Shown here: piece by piece, positions 51,601-64,000 of the stretch
Position numbering within the stretch: the stretch's first letter is position 1
Layout: every line of letters begins with the position of its first letter
Source: Eledone cirrhosa
Taxonomy: Eukaryota
Direction of reading: 5' to 3'
Length of the DNA: 64,000 nucleotides
Assembly (NCBI GenBank): GCA_964016885.1
Contig: OZ024751.1
Location: forward strand, 41,292,001 to 41,356,000
Notes under the pieces: model-generated
Seen by the model: only the letters and a program-made list of their open reading frames with translations
What the model was told of the DNA's origin: nothing
The model's database searches: none
Program-made: the position numbers and the translations under genes

Positions 51601-54600
51601 TTATGTCGACTGAGCTGGATATGAAATGTAAAAGCTTTCCCACAAAATAAACATTTGAATGGCTTTTCGCCAGTGTGAGTTCTCCTGTGAGTATTCAAAT
51701 TACTACGATCTGCAAAGGCTTTTCCACAATACTGGCACAAAAATGGTTTTACTCCTGTGTGAGTGCGAACATGGCTATTGAGTTGTCCAGCTTTTTGAAA
51801 AGACTTCTTACACAGAGCACATTCAAACATTTTTTCACTTGTTACAAAATTGTGGGACCGTAGATGCACTGACAATAGATAAAGTCCAAGAAAATTCCTT
51901 TTGCAATATTTACAACGAAATAACTTTTTCCCTGGATGATAACTAAGAAGATTTGACTGCAGGGGAGCTTGAGTTTTATCAATCAATTCTACAGGTTTAT
52001 CTATTGATACTGGTTCTACACTGGAGTTTTCAGTGAGGGTTAAATCTTCTGTAGTAGGTCTGTCTCTAAGTAATGTATCAGCTATATTCGACTGATTTAT
52101 TTCAGTATTCATTGATGTATTGTTTTCTTTCCAATCTTCATTGATTTCTGATTCATTTTCTTTAGTTTCACCAACATCCACTTGATTATTTACATCTACA
52201 CTGATACCTAAACAATCGTCTGTTTGGTTGGTTGTGTTCACCTGAATAGATAATGTAGTATTTGCAGAGTTCTCCATAGAACTGCTGTCTGAAGAACCAT
52301 TAGCTTCTTTAACAGATGATATTAAATGTCTTGGCTCCTTGTTTCTTAATACTGTCCTATTTTGTTCAACACTGGAGAGTTTGTCTGTTTCAGAGAAATA
52401 TGCAGTATTTGATATTTCCTCTTTAGATGGGTATTGTGTGGAGAGATTTTTGATACCAAAACACTTAATTTTATGCCGTTGCAGTTGAATGTGAAATGTG
52501 AAGGATTGGTTACAGTTTGGACATATGAATGGTTTTACTTTAGTGTGTAGCCTCATATGTGTGTTAAGATTGCTTTGGTTAGAGAAAGCTTTATTACAAA
52601 ACTGACAAGTGAAGGGTTTATCTCCTGTGTGAGTCCTGATATGGGCATTTAAATGACTAGGTTGCATAAATGATTTGGGACAAAACTTGCAAGTATATGG
52701 TTTTTTGTTGGTATTCACTTTGAATGTTTCCAAAGAATATTTGCTGTGTTTATTCTTCAAATGTTTAGTTAAGTCTTCCTTCTTAGTAAAAGTCTTGTAA
52801 CAATATTGGCAAGAGAGCAAAACCTCCTCAGATTGTGATCCTGAAGACAAAGAACTATAGTGAAAGGTGTTACTATCGCAACTGGTGGTAGTTGTTGGTA
52901 CATCATTATCATAATCATCAGAGAGGTCAATGTGGCATTGATTTAAGCCATCTTTAGAAAAATCAGAATGATCTTCTACTGGCTGTTTAGAAGAAGTATC
53001 TTGTAATTTACTATCAAATGTAGATAAAGGGTTTCTATCAATTGTTTTCCAGTGCTCACCAGTATAATTATCTGGAGTCTCAATTGTAAGATCAACAATA
53101 TTATCTTTGTTACTAGGATTAATCAAATCTGATTGGCTTAAAGCAGAATTTGCCTCATTTGAAGAATTTGCTGAGTTATTAAGTGTGTTGGAGCTATCAC
53201 AGTCTTTTATAAAATCTGGATTTAATTGGATACTATAGTTGGTACCAGTATTAGTAAAGTTGTTGTAAGCAAGTGATGGCATTGAGATAGCAGGTAATAA
53301 TGTATCAGCATCATTGTTATCGGTACTACCACTAAATGGTGCACTTGTTTCCAACGTAACGTGCTGAACTGCTTTGCAATTACGTTTATGACGATTAAGT
53401 TGGATATGAAATGTGAATTGTTGAAGACATGATGTACATTTGAATGGCTTTTCCCCTGTGTGAAGACGACGATGAGATTTAAGATTGCTCCGATCAGCAA
53501 AACCTTTCCCACAAAATGAACATTTATAAGGTTTCGCTCCTGTATGTGTGTGTAGATGGGAATTGAGACGAGCAATTTGCAGGAATGTTTTGCCACAGAA
53601 TTTGCACTCAAAATTTCTTTGGCAATTACGAGAATTCAAATGTATTACTAACTGGTACGAATGATGGAAAGTTTTCTTACATACATCACAAAAGATAGAT
53701 TTCCGATGAGTACGTTTCTTTGAAACTGTGTTAGTGTTGATTGTTTCATCTTCTTGGTTTACTATATTATCAGCACCACCTAAGCCAATGTCTGTCGGTG
53801 TCTTGCCATCCCCAGTTAAAAGATCTGATGTATTTGACAAAGAAATATTTTCTGGCACTGTCTTAGCATCAAAAACAGATTTAGCTTCTTCAGAGGTACC
53901 AGGAGCAGAATCAGAATCAATATAGATAATTTTGTCATATTTGTTGATGTTATCTAAGGGACATACACTTTCCTTTATAGAATTTGTATCACTTTCTTCA
54001 ATCTGTTTACTATTAAAACCTGTGTTTGACATATTAGCAGTAACATACACACTGTTGGTTTGGGTGGGAAAATTATATTTTCCATGTTTTGAAACATCTG
54101 TGTAAGGTAGGGATTCATCAACAGAACTATAGAAATTATAAGTATCTGTATTTAACAAACCACAATTAGAAACAGCTGGGTCAGCAGAAATTTCAGTAAA
54201 ATCTTTGGTTGATCCAAAATTAGGAGTGGAGTCTTTTGCATCAATGTAGATATTATTTGGTGTAGATGCTTCGTTCTGAAAACTGGGGACTGCGTTGTTT
54301 GTTTCATTTTTATTGTAAAATAAACTGGAGGTTGGTTGCAGCTCAACAGGACATTCAGTTAAGATAAAATTTGATGACGCTGAATATAAATTATTCTCAC
54401 TAAAAGAAGAACTTTGAATAGGACAGATATCGGGTGTAAAATTATTAAACTGAGGTTGACTAGAAGCAGTAGTAATGGTTGTATTATAATTATTGTTCTT
54501 TTCATCTATATGAAAACTTGTAGAATTATCATCCTTGGATATGCAGACTTTTTTATGCCGACTTAATTGAATATGAAAAGTAAAAGCCTTCCCACATAGC

Positions 54601-54926
54601 TCACATTTGAATGGTTTCTCACCTGTATGAGTACGAATATGTGTATTAAGATTGCCTCGGTCAGTGAAAGCCTTTGGGCAGTAAGGACACTGGAAAGGCC
54701 GGTCTCCAGTGTGTGTACGGACATGTGTGGTCAAATGGCCAGATTGAGTAAAAGACTTTTTACAGTAGCTGCACTTATAAGGTTTTCCTGCCAGAGAAGA
54801 TGGCTGATTCTTAAAATCTGTAAGTAAGTCAACTGTATCAGAGGAAGTCATATTGTTAGTGGAAAACATTTCATCAGAACTGGTAGCATTCTGATAAATA
54901 TCTTTACTAGAAAGTTTCCCAGACAT
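48681..54926 (-). CDS. Single-exon zinc-finger protein, ~2081 aa, 25 C2H2/C2HC fingers in six clusters
   Basis: Uninterrupted 6.2-kb ORF with TGEKP-type linkers. First ATG is at 54926 (MSGKLSSKD); the upstream ORF extension is SINE-derived. Confidence 0.95.
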   Translation of the reverse strand: MSGKLSSKDIYQNATSSDEMFSTNNMTSSDTVDLLTDFKNQPSSLAGKPYKCSYCKKSFTQSGHLTTHVRTHTGDRPFQCPYCPKAFTDRGNLNTHIRTHTGEKPFKCELCGKAFTFHIQLSRHKKVCISKDDNSTSFHIDEKNNNYNTTITTASSQPQFNNFTPDICPIQSSSFSENNLYSASSNFILTECPVELQPTSSLFYNKNETNNAVPSFQNEASTPNNIYIDAKDSTPNFGSTKDFTEISADPAVSNCGLLNTDTYNFYSSVDESLPYTDVSKHGKYNFPTQTNSVYVTANMSNTGFNSKQIEESDTNSIKESVCPLDNINKYDKIIYIDSDSAPGTSEEAKSVFDAKTVPENISLSNTSDLLTGDGKTPTDIGLGGADNIVNQEDETINTNTVSKKRTHRKSIFCDVCKKTFHHSYQLVIHLNSRNCQRNFECKFCGKTFLQIARLNSHLHTHTGAKPYKCSFCGKGFADRSNLKSHRRLHTGEKPFKCTSCLQQFTFHIQLNRHKRNCKAVQHVTLETSAPFSGSTDNNDADTLLPAISMPSLAYNNFTNTGTNYSIQLNPDFIKDCDSSNTLNNSANSSNEANSALSQSDLINPSNKDNIVDLTIETPDNYTGEHWKTIDRNPLSTFDSKLQDTSSKQPVEDHSDFSKDGLNQCHIDLSDDYDNDVPTTTTSCDSNTFHYSSLSSGSQSEEVLLSCQYCYKTFTKKEDLTKHLKNKHSKYSLETFKVNTNKKPYTCKFCPKSFMQPSHLNAHIRTHTGDKPFTCQFCNKAFSNQSNLNTHMRLHTKVKPFICPNCNQSFTFHIQLQRHKIKCFGIKNLSTQYPSKEEISNTAYFSETDKLSSVEQNRTVLRNKEPRHLISSVKEANGSSDSSSMENSANTTLSIQVNTTNQTDDCLGISVDVNNQVDVGETKENESEINEDWKENNTSMNTEINQSNIADTLLRDRPTTEDLTLTENSSVEPVSIDKPVELIDKTQAPLQSNLLSYHPGKKLFRCKYCKRNFLGLYLLSVHLRSHNFVTSEKMFECALCKKSFQKAGQLNSHVRTHTGVKPFLCQYCGKAFADRSNLNTHRRTHTGEKPFKCLFCGKAFTFHIQLSRHKRVCKPSTLAQIHQYQKRTNSLQIPPQSTAEQTDMTNNSGHSKKLVQADDAFFVDKTTDSKFNSHETQLKDNLSVQVYNDQTESLPFSTSNLHKEAELLDHNDKILTSNKSDNLILSRLGNSLEQVDQKPNINYHDTSSIKDLEVDNISTQQNLTENQCDPDVYNRNNSESHITKSSRYSEDQDSLNDPLSCNKISGTANKSCYNDNVIQVNLSTLSGEEGGSSVKQGIFYNLDENIEMRSSASSYIQRNRESLAANNSLFPCCYCGKVYKLVTTLAVHIRLHTGSKVYECEFCGETFFRFTDLAVHLKLHPQEILFQCEYCDMTFTRDCHLRLHEKSHFLKDGVFQESLAQKTLKQKLKNDNNFICPICHCIFPNSFTLDNHLQTHSSGKLYHCQTCKQAFASPLLFKRHSQECQLLSKDQDSNFITAPISTQNSQTFSSQNVFRKELVANKTSHDNPPQPVGLFSNTGRLSSLAIDLWKLPPNIDVINQHKKQLTDNSVFSSSSELNNNGSFMCNYCERKFPSCKLLNLHLKTHSANFSTKKVYRCEFCMKLFFQQLLLDKHKRTHHAQNLYSLKRESLKCRFCSKTFQQTSHLKAHIRHHTGDKPFKCQYCGKAFSDRSNLNTHIRTHTGEKPFKCTNCSCAFTFHIQLTRHKRICQSSRDDRNSTTVSGDRQQLNDRLVQSSNFSHCFSDPTSSNILPDITQSTNEHSENINLVTKLRVPSSPLFFNSNIIDDNSLNQSRLLTTSNSSEQFIENLPNTVSKCDSGPSDKILTTGNSNHSSSNLHSTHYNTETDILDCKPSIEVDSNIDLQSTVNIKSEPFPSDEQLLVCPSEITSNLSNISFNGNTANMSNDTQNAAEFEKFQNCVEEEDLKPDIASIDCGEFEGEEISKIKISTTNPIQEDDNLCTKDDSFSDTNQSTCSTAIIKAFEHVDDVSSTNPQNDLIFGSKQAISDNDGNTHFVTQSHSADT

Positions 54927-56081
54927 TAAAGAAAATATACTTATTGGCAATTTTAGAATTGAGGAGGCATGTGGCCTAGTGGTAAGGGTGTTGGATTTAT
55001 GATCACAACATCTAGGGTTCAATTCCTGGACTGGGTTGTGTATTGTGTTCTTGAGCAAAACACTTCATTTCACGTTACTCCAGTATACTCAGCTGAAAAT
55101 AAATACCAGAAATAGTTGAAGGGTTAATCTTGTGATGGATTAGTGTCCTGTCCAGGGGGAAGTCTTGTACTCTCAGTCACTTAACACCTCAGAAACCAGG
55201 ATAAGCACTCCGGGCTCGAGACAGACTTTAGATAATTTTAGAAAAATGTTTTATTTCTTCACTAACAAAACCTTTTCAAAATCATTGCACATGTGTGTTT
55301 GTACATATGTACTTGAGTCTATGTGTGTATGTACATAAATGAATGATGGGAGTTTGACATTGGACATCAAACAACAAATCAAAGCAAATCAATTTCTTCC
55401 AGTCATATAGTAAACTATAACCTTCATGATTTTTTTACTATTATTATTTAGTAGTTGCATGATCTGTTTATTATTTCAATTATTTGCTGTTTAGATATCA
55501 CATCTTTCATGTTCAACACTGAAGATCAGTAGCTGGACTTCCATTGTTTCAATTATTTCATTCAAGTTATTGTTTTGTAGTTCTTCTGTCTCTCTAATCA
55601 CAGACTTCACACATCCACTCAATCATATTCAAGATGCAGCTTTCACCATGATCCTACAAAAAAAACAAATTATTATGTATTCTTAGCTAAATATAAAATA
55701 TTATGCGAGTGTATATATCATCATCATTTCATTTTACGTCCGCTTTTCCCTGCTTGCAAGGGTGGGACGGGAACTGATTCTGGCTTGATTTCTACAGCTG
55801 GATGCCCTTCCCAACACCAACCTCATTTACAGTGAGTGCTGGGTGCTTTGTTTTCCGTGGCGCCTATATGTCCACTTTACAGTGTGCGCCGGGTGCTTTT
55901 TTGCCGTGGCACCTCCACGATCACTTTACAGTGGAATGATAGGGACCCCAGTCCTATCATCTCATTTCTACAGCCAAGTGAACTGGAGCAATGTGAAATA
56001 AAGTGTCTTGCTCAAGGAAACAACACATCACCCGGTCTGAGAATTGAACTCACAACCTTTTGATTACAAGGCCAATGCTAT

Positions 56082-56572
56082 ATCATCATCATCATCATCA
56101 TCATTTTACGTCCGCTTTTCCCTGCTTGCAAGGGTGGGACGGGTCTTATTCAGCACAGCATCTCTCCACTCGTCACGGTCCCTCGTCATCTCCACCGTGA
56201 GCTTCAATGATCTGAGGTCTGTTCTCACCACCTCCGCCCATGTTTTTCGTGGTCTACCTCTACCACGTCTTCCTTCAACTGGCATTTCCTGGCACTTCTT
56301 CACCCATCGGTCATCCTCCATGCGCATCACATATCCATACCACCTCAGTCTCCTCTCCCGTACACTATATTCTATCCCTCTCAGACACAGTTTCTCTCTC
56401 AACACATTTATGCTGGGTCGTTCACGTACATTTACACTGCACATCCAACGGAACATGCTTGCCTCATTTCTCTCCAGCCGTCGCATATCTTCTGCGGTAG
56501 CTGGCCATGTCTCACTACCATGCAGCATCGCGCTCCTCACACAGGCATCATACAACCGGCCTTTCGTACGCA
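56082..56572 (-). mobile_element. RTE LINE 3' fragment, apparently young
   Basis: YDACVRSAMLHGSETW...RRLRWYGYVMR...GRGRPRKTWAEVVRTDL...PTLASREKRT* then (GAT)n; a shorter copy lies at 33685-33860(+). Confidence 0.92.
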
Positions 56573-57164
56573 GTATGTAGTTAAAGAAAAGCGAAGACTG
56601 TTAAATGGAATAGAAATTGTAGTTACAGAATATATTCAACTGAAAATATAGAATTCATTAATAAAAGAAATAAGATATAAACAAAATAAGTACATTTTGT
56701 TATTTTTATACAGAAAATGTTTCGTTTTTACGTATCGATTTTTTTTAATGTGTTTGAAATTTTCACTTTCACTTTAATGGGACCTTAATTTAGGACGGTA
56801 ATTCTTCATTTTTGACAATTTTTTTTTTTATTTATAAACAAAATCGCAATCTACACCTTTGAAAATGTATCTCTGCAAAACATGCATCATTAAGAAAGCC
56901 ATAAGGAAACAAAGTCAGGTGTGTGCACTTTAACAGTATTTACGTACGTAAGTCTATATATGTACAGTTTAGTGCTCTGTCTGGTTTTATTTGCTCAAAA
57001 CTTTCTTAACTCTTTGGATATCCAACTACCCCTGGTTCTATGATACAAAGATGTTTATTTTAAAACTGTTTATATTCATCTAAAAATCTTCCGTTATAAT
57101 TTCATGTAAGAATCTCTTATAATATGCCCCAGCTTAATAATAACAAACTTACTGCTACATTGTT

Positions 57165-57600
57165 CAGCCTGTGACTTTCGAGACGTTTGGGGAAGTCGGG
57201 CTGCTGACTGCGAGGTTCCTCTCTTCACTGGCGGCTCGCCTAATAGAGGTAACTGGCGAATCTCGCGAGGGCGCTTGGTTGTTCCAGCGCATTAGCCTCG
57301 CCATCACCCGAGGCAACGCTCCGAGTGTGCTGGCTTGTCTGAAAAATCATTAGCGAGGTTGCCCAGTACTTCTCGCTGCTGTCTTTTGCTCTGGTGTTGG
57401 CTCGGTTGTTCACCCCTTCCTTAAATTTTCTTTAATATTGCAACATTAAAGGAATATATCCTTCTGAAAGAATCGAGAGCAATTTATAATGTTATTTAAG
57501 CATTTGTAATGTTATTTATGTATTATTTAAAACATATTTGTTATGTTATTCTACTGTAAATGTATTTATATGCTTTGTATAATATCATTCATTTTTAGAT
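57165..57600 (+). mobile_element. CRE-like (restriction-like endonuclease) non-LTR retrotransposon 3' fragment
   Basis: PVTFETFGEVG...FLSSLAARL...GESREGAWLFQRISLAITRGNA; homologous fragments at ~47480-47672(-), ~43900-44065(-) and ~43600-43790(-). Confidence 0.7.
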
Positions 57601-60153
57601 TTAAAAAAAAAAAGTTATATAACTAAATCCCGATAAATTCTTAATTATTTTCAAAATTATTCGAAAATCCAAAGCAGTGTCCTTCGTTAGAAATATAATA
57701 ATGAAAAAGCTAATAATGCATATTTTGCAGAGATACATTTTCGAATATGTGGATTACGATTATGATTAATAAAATAATGCATCATTTTTCACTCACTAAA
57801 ATTACCAAATTATCACTGGAATAGGTCTGTGATCTTAAAATGTAACAAAAGCGGTATTGTTGGTAAGAGAATCATTGTCTCTGTATTGGCATGGATCGAA
57901 ATTGAAAATAAACACACAACAGATCCTGTCTTAGTGTGGTATGAAAGAATACTGAAGGAGTGTCATTGTGTGGTATGAAAGGATACTGAAGGAGTGTCAT
58001 AGAATTTAACGGATCCGCTGTTAGAGATATGTTAGTGTTTTTTACTTCTCATGACACACCAACGTCTCTCATAATACCAGCTGTATTTACTTTCAAAATG
58101 CCTGGTGGGTTATACATATAACATATACATACTTCTACTAAATCTATGTCAGTATAGCTTTAGTTAATAAACAAAGAGTAAAGTAAATTAAAGGAAAACA
58201 AATATCACATAATATCCGAGAGTAAAAATTAAAATAGTCAAATTAGGGAGAGAATATTTACAATAAGCAAACACCAAGTGACTCAGCCCCAGCTGCTGTA
58301 TCTCACGCATCAGGAGAACATTTTTAGATGGTCAGCTGTTGAGATTTATAACGAAGAATATAGAATATAAATAATCCAGCCAACTTAACTTTCTTACAAG
58401 CACCTTAATTACGCGTGCGCATGAGACTGTAATTGAAACGGTGTCAAAAATAAAACTGTCTACTATATAATATTATTCCACTTACTGTATTTTCCGGTGT
58501 ATAAAACATATCATTTTAAACCCAGCATGTTGATGTCAAATTTTACTTGCACTCCATACACCGAAAACAACAATATAATAATAATTATTTCTACTTTTGG
58601 CACAAGACCATCAATTATCTCAGTGCATTACTGGTACTTTATTTTATCGACCTCGTAAGGGTGAAAGGCAAAGTTAACCTCGGCAGGATTTGAATTCAGA
58701 CCATAAAGGGCCGTAACTCTTTGCTGCAAAACATGTCGTCCGACCCTCTACCGATACTGCCAAGGGTGATAAGGCGTCAGGCAACATGCTTTGAGACATG
58801 TAGTTATGTCTCTTTACGTTCTGTGTGATCGATTTAAGGAGAACCACACAGGCCACAAATTTGTGATCTGTGTGGTTGACTTATTGAATTAGTAGCATAA
58901 AAAATGGTTTTACTCATTGAGGCACAAGGTCACCGATTTTTTTTTTTGGGGGGGGGGGAGTTGATTAAATCAACCTCAGTTCATTACTGGTACTTTATTT
59001 TATCGATCCCTGTAAAGATGAAAGACTTCCTTATTCTAGATGAAGACGTGAGTTTTGAGTTCGGCAAGATGGCACAAAGTGATGTAGAACCAAAAGAGAA
59101 AAAGTCCAGTCATCTTGCTTTTGTTGTGACATAGATGGCCACAAGTCTGAAGGTACAGCCTTCACAGTTGCTCACATCTAAGACCACCAACTTACCATCC
59201 AACGCTATGGTTGAGATCTAAACTTTTCTGAAACAACACTTACTCTTCTCCCTGATTCAGATCAACAGAGAGATGCATAGATCAGATCACTTAGCAGTGT
59301 TTGTCCCCTGGACTGGACTGCATGTTGTGCTCTTGAACAAGACACTTTATTTCACGTTGCTCTAGTTTACTCAGCTGTAGGAATGAGTTGCGACATCATT
59401 TGTACCAAACTGTATCAACCATTGCCTTTCAGTTGGACATCATCATATATAGTGTACATATAGAGTATACAGTGTATATATAGTGTATATATAGTATATA
59501 AAGAATATAGAGTGTATATACAGTGTATATATAGTGTATATTGAGAGTATATATAGTATATATAAAGAATATATATAGTATATATGTATAGTATATGTTG
59601 TGACATCACTGGTGCCAAGCTGTAACCACCATTGCCTTTCCCATGGACAACATCAGTGATGTGGAGAGGGGAGACTTGTATGTATGTAGCCCTGCTGGTC
59701 TTCCACAAACAACCTTGCCTGGAGAACTTTCTAGGTACAAATCCCATGGTCATTCCTCACCAAAGGATTTATTACCTTTTTATATTTTGCTCATAAAAAA
59801 ATGAAAAAAAAAACAAAAAAAAACAAGAAAAAGTTCACAGTAGTGTTCAACATAATTTAATTACATAAATATAAACCAAAAACAAATATATTAATAAAAA
59901 AATATATACATGAAAGGGGAAAAAAACAAAATTAACAAAAAAAAAACAAAAAACAGACAGATTTGTTTTATTAATAGCAAAGATAGTTTTTCTTTTGTTT
60001 TTATCTTATATGGGTTAAAAAATATGTGGAAGTAGTAGAATGGCTTTGATAAGAAAACAAACAAAACATTTTCAGGAAAGTTCACTTAATAAAATAAGCA
60101 AAAGAAAAAAGAAATTTAAAAATCAAGCACCTGTATATATGTATATAATTTCA

Positions 60154-60248
<95 letters not shown>

Positions 60249-60465
60249 ACAATTATAAACAGTAATAAAGCAGGCCCCTTTATTGTAAAAACTAAAGTAA
60301 TACTAAAAATAGCAGATAAAGTTCAGGTAGAAATCTCATGAGAACAAGTCTTTGACACCGAGTTAACAATAACCACATCATGTTTCTACATTACACCTAG
60401 TTTCATATAGAATTAATGTTGTTTTGTGTATTGGTTAGCTATGTAGAATAATTACACCTATATGG

Positions 60466-60546
60466 ACAGGGTATCTGAAAAGTCACCAGACCATTTTATA
60501 CAAATATATATATAAAACAGTTTAGTGTCTTTTGGGACACCCTGTA
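60466..60546. mobile_element. Tc1/mariner-type mini-element
   Basis: CAGGGTATCTGAAAAG...CTTTTGGGACACCCTG inverted termini; a related remnant at ~31305-31366. Confidence 0.5.
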
Positions 60547-62526
60547 TATCTATATTTATATAAGTTATGTATATTTTATAAAGAGTTCCTTGAAGCATGA
60601 AGCATGTAATTGTTTTATTTTAACCCTTTGGCATTTACATTACTCTATATTTACTATTGTATTATCATGGTAAACACTTTAGCTCACATAATATCGAATC
60701 TATGAGATTTTGATTTTATTTATTTTGAGAATAATACCTTAACATAAATATGAGCAGCCAGTTTGAACAGAAACAGAGGTGAGAGAATTCTGGCTGGATA
60801 CGGCCAGTTTAAATACTAAGAGGTCAATATAACATCTATAATATAATATCTTGAGTTTTCAATTCAATATAAAACTAGTAACCTTGCAATGATATTTTAT
60901 TTCGTAAATCTAGGTTAAGTTATGAGAACGAATAAGTCAAAGACAACTCATGGAAGTCCTGAAGAATTTATTGAATATTTTAGACAAGGTGACATGAGAG
61001 AAGTTTACAGTTGCCCTTTTTTTCCAAGCAGATGCGGAGTGGAGTCTAAAGATTTGCTCAGAAAACCAAGGTCTGGTACACACAGAAGCACCACGTAGAG
61101 TTAACTGTTCATCACCCCCCCACCACTCCCACTGCAACGATCCCCACCCCACCCCACCCCACACACAAACCCGAGGAAACATTTGCAGCAGATTTGATAT
61201 TATCATGATATTAAGACTGATAACCCAGTACCATAATCACACAGCCATTTTGTCATGGTAACTCTTTCTCTCTCACACACACACACACACACAGATATAG
61301 TGACAAATACACAAGGAAAGAGTGAGAGGGAGAGAAAGAGAAAGAGAGAGCTTGTGCGTAAGACACAGGTACACACACAGATATGGTGAGAAATACAGAA
61401 GTAGAGAGAGAGCGGGGAGAAAGAGAGAGAAAGAGTGCGGGGGGGGGGGGGCATAAGACATATGTACACAGAGATAGTGAGAAATACACAAGTAGAGAGA
61501 GAGGGGGGGGGGGGGAGAAAGAGGAGAGAGAGAGAGGGAAAGAGAGAGAGATATTGTGCATAAGACATATATATGTACAAGGAAAGATATTCTAAAAACC
61601 CTGCTTTATCAAAATCTCCACGGAGATGGCCTAAAGCTACTCTTTAACAGGTCAGAGAGGAAATACAAACATTTGTTGGGTTTCAATTGTTTCCTGGAAA
61701 GTTTAAACATACAACCACGTCTACTGAGTTTAGGTCTGTCATACATGTACAGAGAAATGTCTACATTTGTAGTGCACCTGAGCACTGTACACACTAATTT
61801 CATTATTATTATTATTATATATACACACACACATATATAGTAGATATACACTAACACACACACACACACATATAGTAGATATACACTAACACACACACAC
61901 ACACATATAGTAGATATACACTAACACACACACACATAAATATACACTAACACACACACACATATAGTAGATATACACTAACACACACACATACATATAC
62001 ACTAACATACACACACACATAGATATACACTAATATACACACACACATAGATATACACTAACACATACACATAGATATACACTAACACATACACACACAT
62101 AGATATACACTAACACACACACACAGATATACACTGACACACACACACAGATATACACTGACACACACACATAAATATACACTAATACACACGTCCATAC
62201 ACACGCACATAGATATACACTAACACACACATAGATATACACTAACACACACGTCCATACACACATACATAGATATACACTAACACACACACGTCCATAC
62301 ACACACATACACCCAAAGAAAAAGATATACACATAAATGTTTACATATACATACACACAAACAAGTATAAATATATACATAGATGTGTGCATATACATAC
62401 ATACAAGTATAGATATACACAAAAACACACATACACAAACATACATACATACACGCTGAAATAAAAAAAATAGACATACAGATAATTGTATACATATATA
62501 TATATAAACATACATTCACACGCTGA

Positions 62527-63050
62527 AATATAGATATATACATACAGATAAATCATACACAAACCCACACATACACACAGAGACAACATTAAAAGAGATA
62601 CACAAACATACATACACACTGACAAATATAGATATATACATACAGATAAATCATACACAAACCCACACATACACACAGAGACAACATTAAAAGTGATACA
62701 CAAACATACATACACACTAACAAATATAGATACATACATACAGATAAATCATACACAAACCCACACATACACACAGAGACAACATTAAAAGAGATACACA
62801 AACATACATACACACTGACAAATATAGATATATACATACAGATAAATCATACACAAACCCACACATACACACAGAGACAACATTAAAAGAGATACACAAA
62901 TATACATACACACTGACAAATATAGATATATACATACAGATAAATCATACACAAACCCACACATACACACAGAGACAACATTAAAAGAGATACACAAACA
63001 TACATACACACTAACAAATATAGATATATACATACAGATAAATCATACAC
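62527..63050. repeat. 98-bp CA/TA-rich tandem repeat, ~5 copies
   Basis: Periodic CAGATAAATCATACACAAACCCACACATACACACAGAGACAACATTAAAAG; the ORF track repeats every 98 nt. Confidence 0.88.
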
Positions 63051-63783
63051 ACACATACTTACACACAGACAATAACAAAGAGATACAGATTGTGCATATA
63101 TGCGTATATAGTTATACAGACTCACTAGAAAGACTTTTCCTTAAGCCATCAAAGACATTAGCAGTTTGGTATTTTGGTATTTAAGATGACCAGCAGGTTA
63201 AATAAACATAGTATGTGTTATGGGAACAACATAGCCCAAGGTCCTTAAGCAATTTCTTTGTTTAACTCATTTATTTTATGTCCTATTTCCAAACTAATCA
63301 CTGGTTATGCAAAGGACTTCCAAACAGGACGGTTTTTTTTTTTTATATATTTTAATCAGTAATGGAGAGAGTTAGACAAGCTCCACGTTTTTTCATGTGT
63401 TACTGAAAATTAACAATCAATCGGATTTATACAAAAAAAAAAAAAAGAAAAAAATTGAAACCCTCCTCAAATAAACATGGAAAAAAAAAACAAAAAAAAA
63501 AACAACAATAATAATAAAAAATAATTAAAAAAGGTTTTTTTTTTCAGCTTTCTGAAATTGGTAAAACAACCATATCTACAATTAAGATATGAGATATGAA
63601 GGATGGTGACATGAAATATGATAAAGTTTTAGTAATAAAAGTAATAAGAAACTTCGAAGTAATTATTTCTTTCTCTTCAAGGTTGGGTTTAGTTTCTAAG
63701 ACTGGTGTATACAAAATTTTACACACATATACACACACGCATACACCTTTCTTTAGGTAGGTATGTGTGTGTGTATATAACTA

Positions 63784-63818
<35 letters not shown>

Positions 63819-63847
63819 ATGTGTGTGTGTATATATATATATAAATA

Positions 63848-63881
<34 letters not shown>

Positions 63882-63882
63882 A

Positions 63883-63963
<81 letters not shown>

Positions 63964-64000
63964 AATGTGTGTGTGTATATATATATATATACATATGTAT

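Noticed and set aside
54927-55058. N-terminal extension of the ZNF ORF
   Set aside because: Non-ATG start lying in an antisense SINE head; the first ATG is at 54926.

Overview
AT-rich, microsatellite-laden, intron-containing animal DNA. The SINE/RTE repertoire, (TA)n/(CA)n density and long single-exon C2H2-ZNF suggest a coleoid cephalopod (octopus-like); this is an inference. All genes found are on the minus strand: (1) an intronless atypical class A GPCR (3166-4398); (2) an extended-Tudor-domain gene with 8 phase-consistent coding exons (38586->18537) and no identifiable 3' end; (3) a ~2081-aa, 25-finger zinc-finger protein (54926->48681) containing five copies of one 3-finger module; (4) a probable first coding exon of a secreted Cys-containing protein (1188->1010). 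The rest is mobile DNA: two tRNA-derived SINE families; RTE, CR1/L2, CRE-like and Penelope (PLE) fragments; TTAA and mariner-type MITEs; a Helitron-like insert; and four minisatellites. The most striking non-obvious signal is a set of at least five sequence-unrelated minimal Type I hammerhead ribozyme motifs, two apparently intact. They lie mostly in (TA)n-embedded modules, four of them followed by AATAAA, inside introns of the Tudor gene, near a decayed PLE endonuclease remnant and a perfect 238-bp palindrome. One intact motif is in the sense orientation of the Tudor pre-mRNA. All calls were made by eye; no searches were run.
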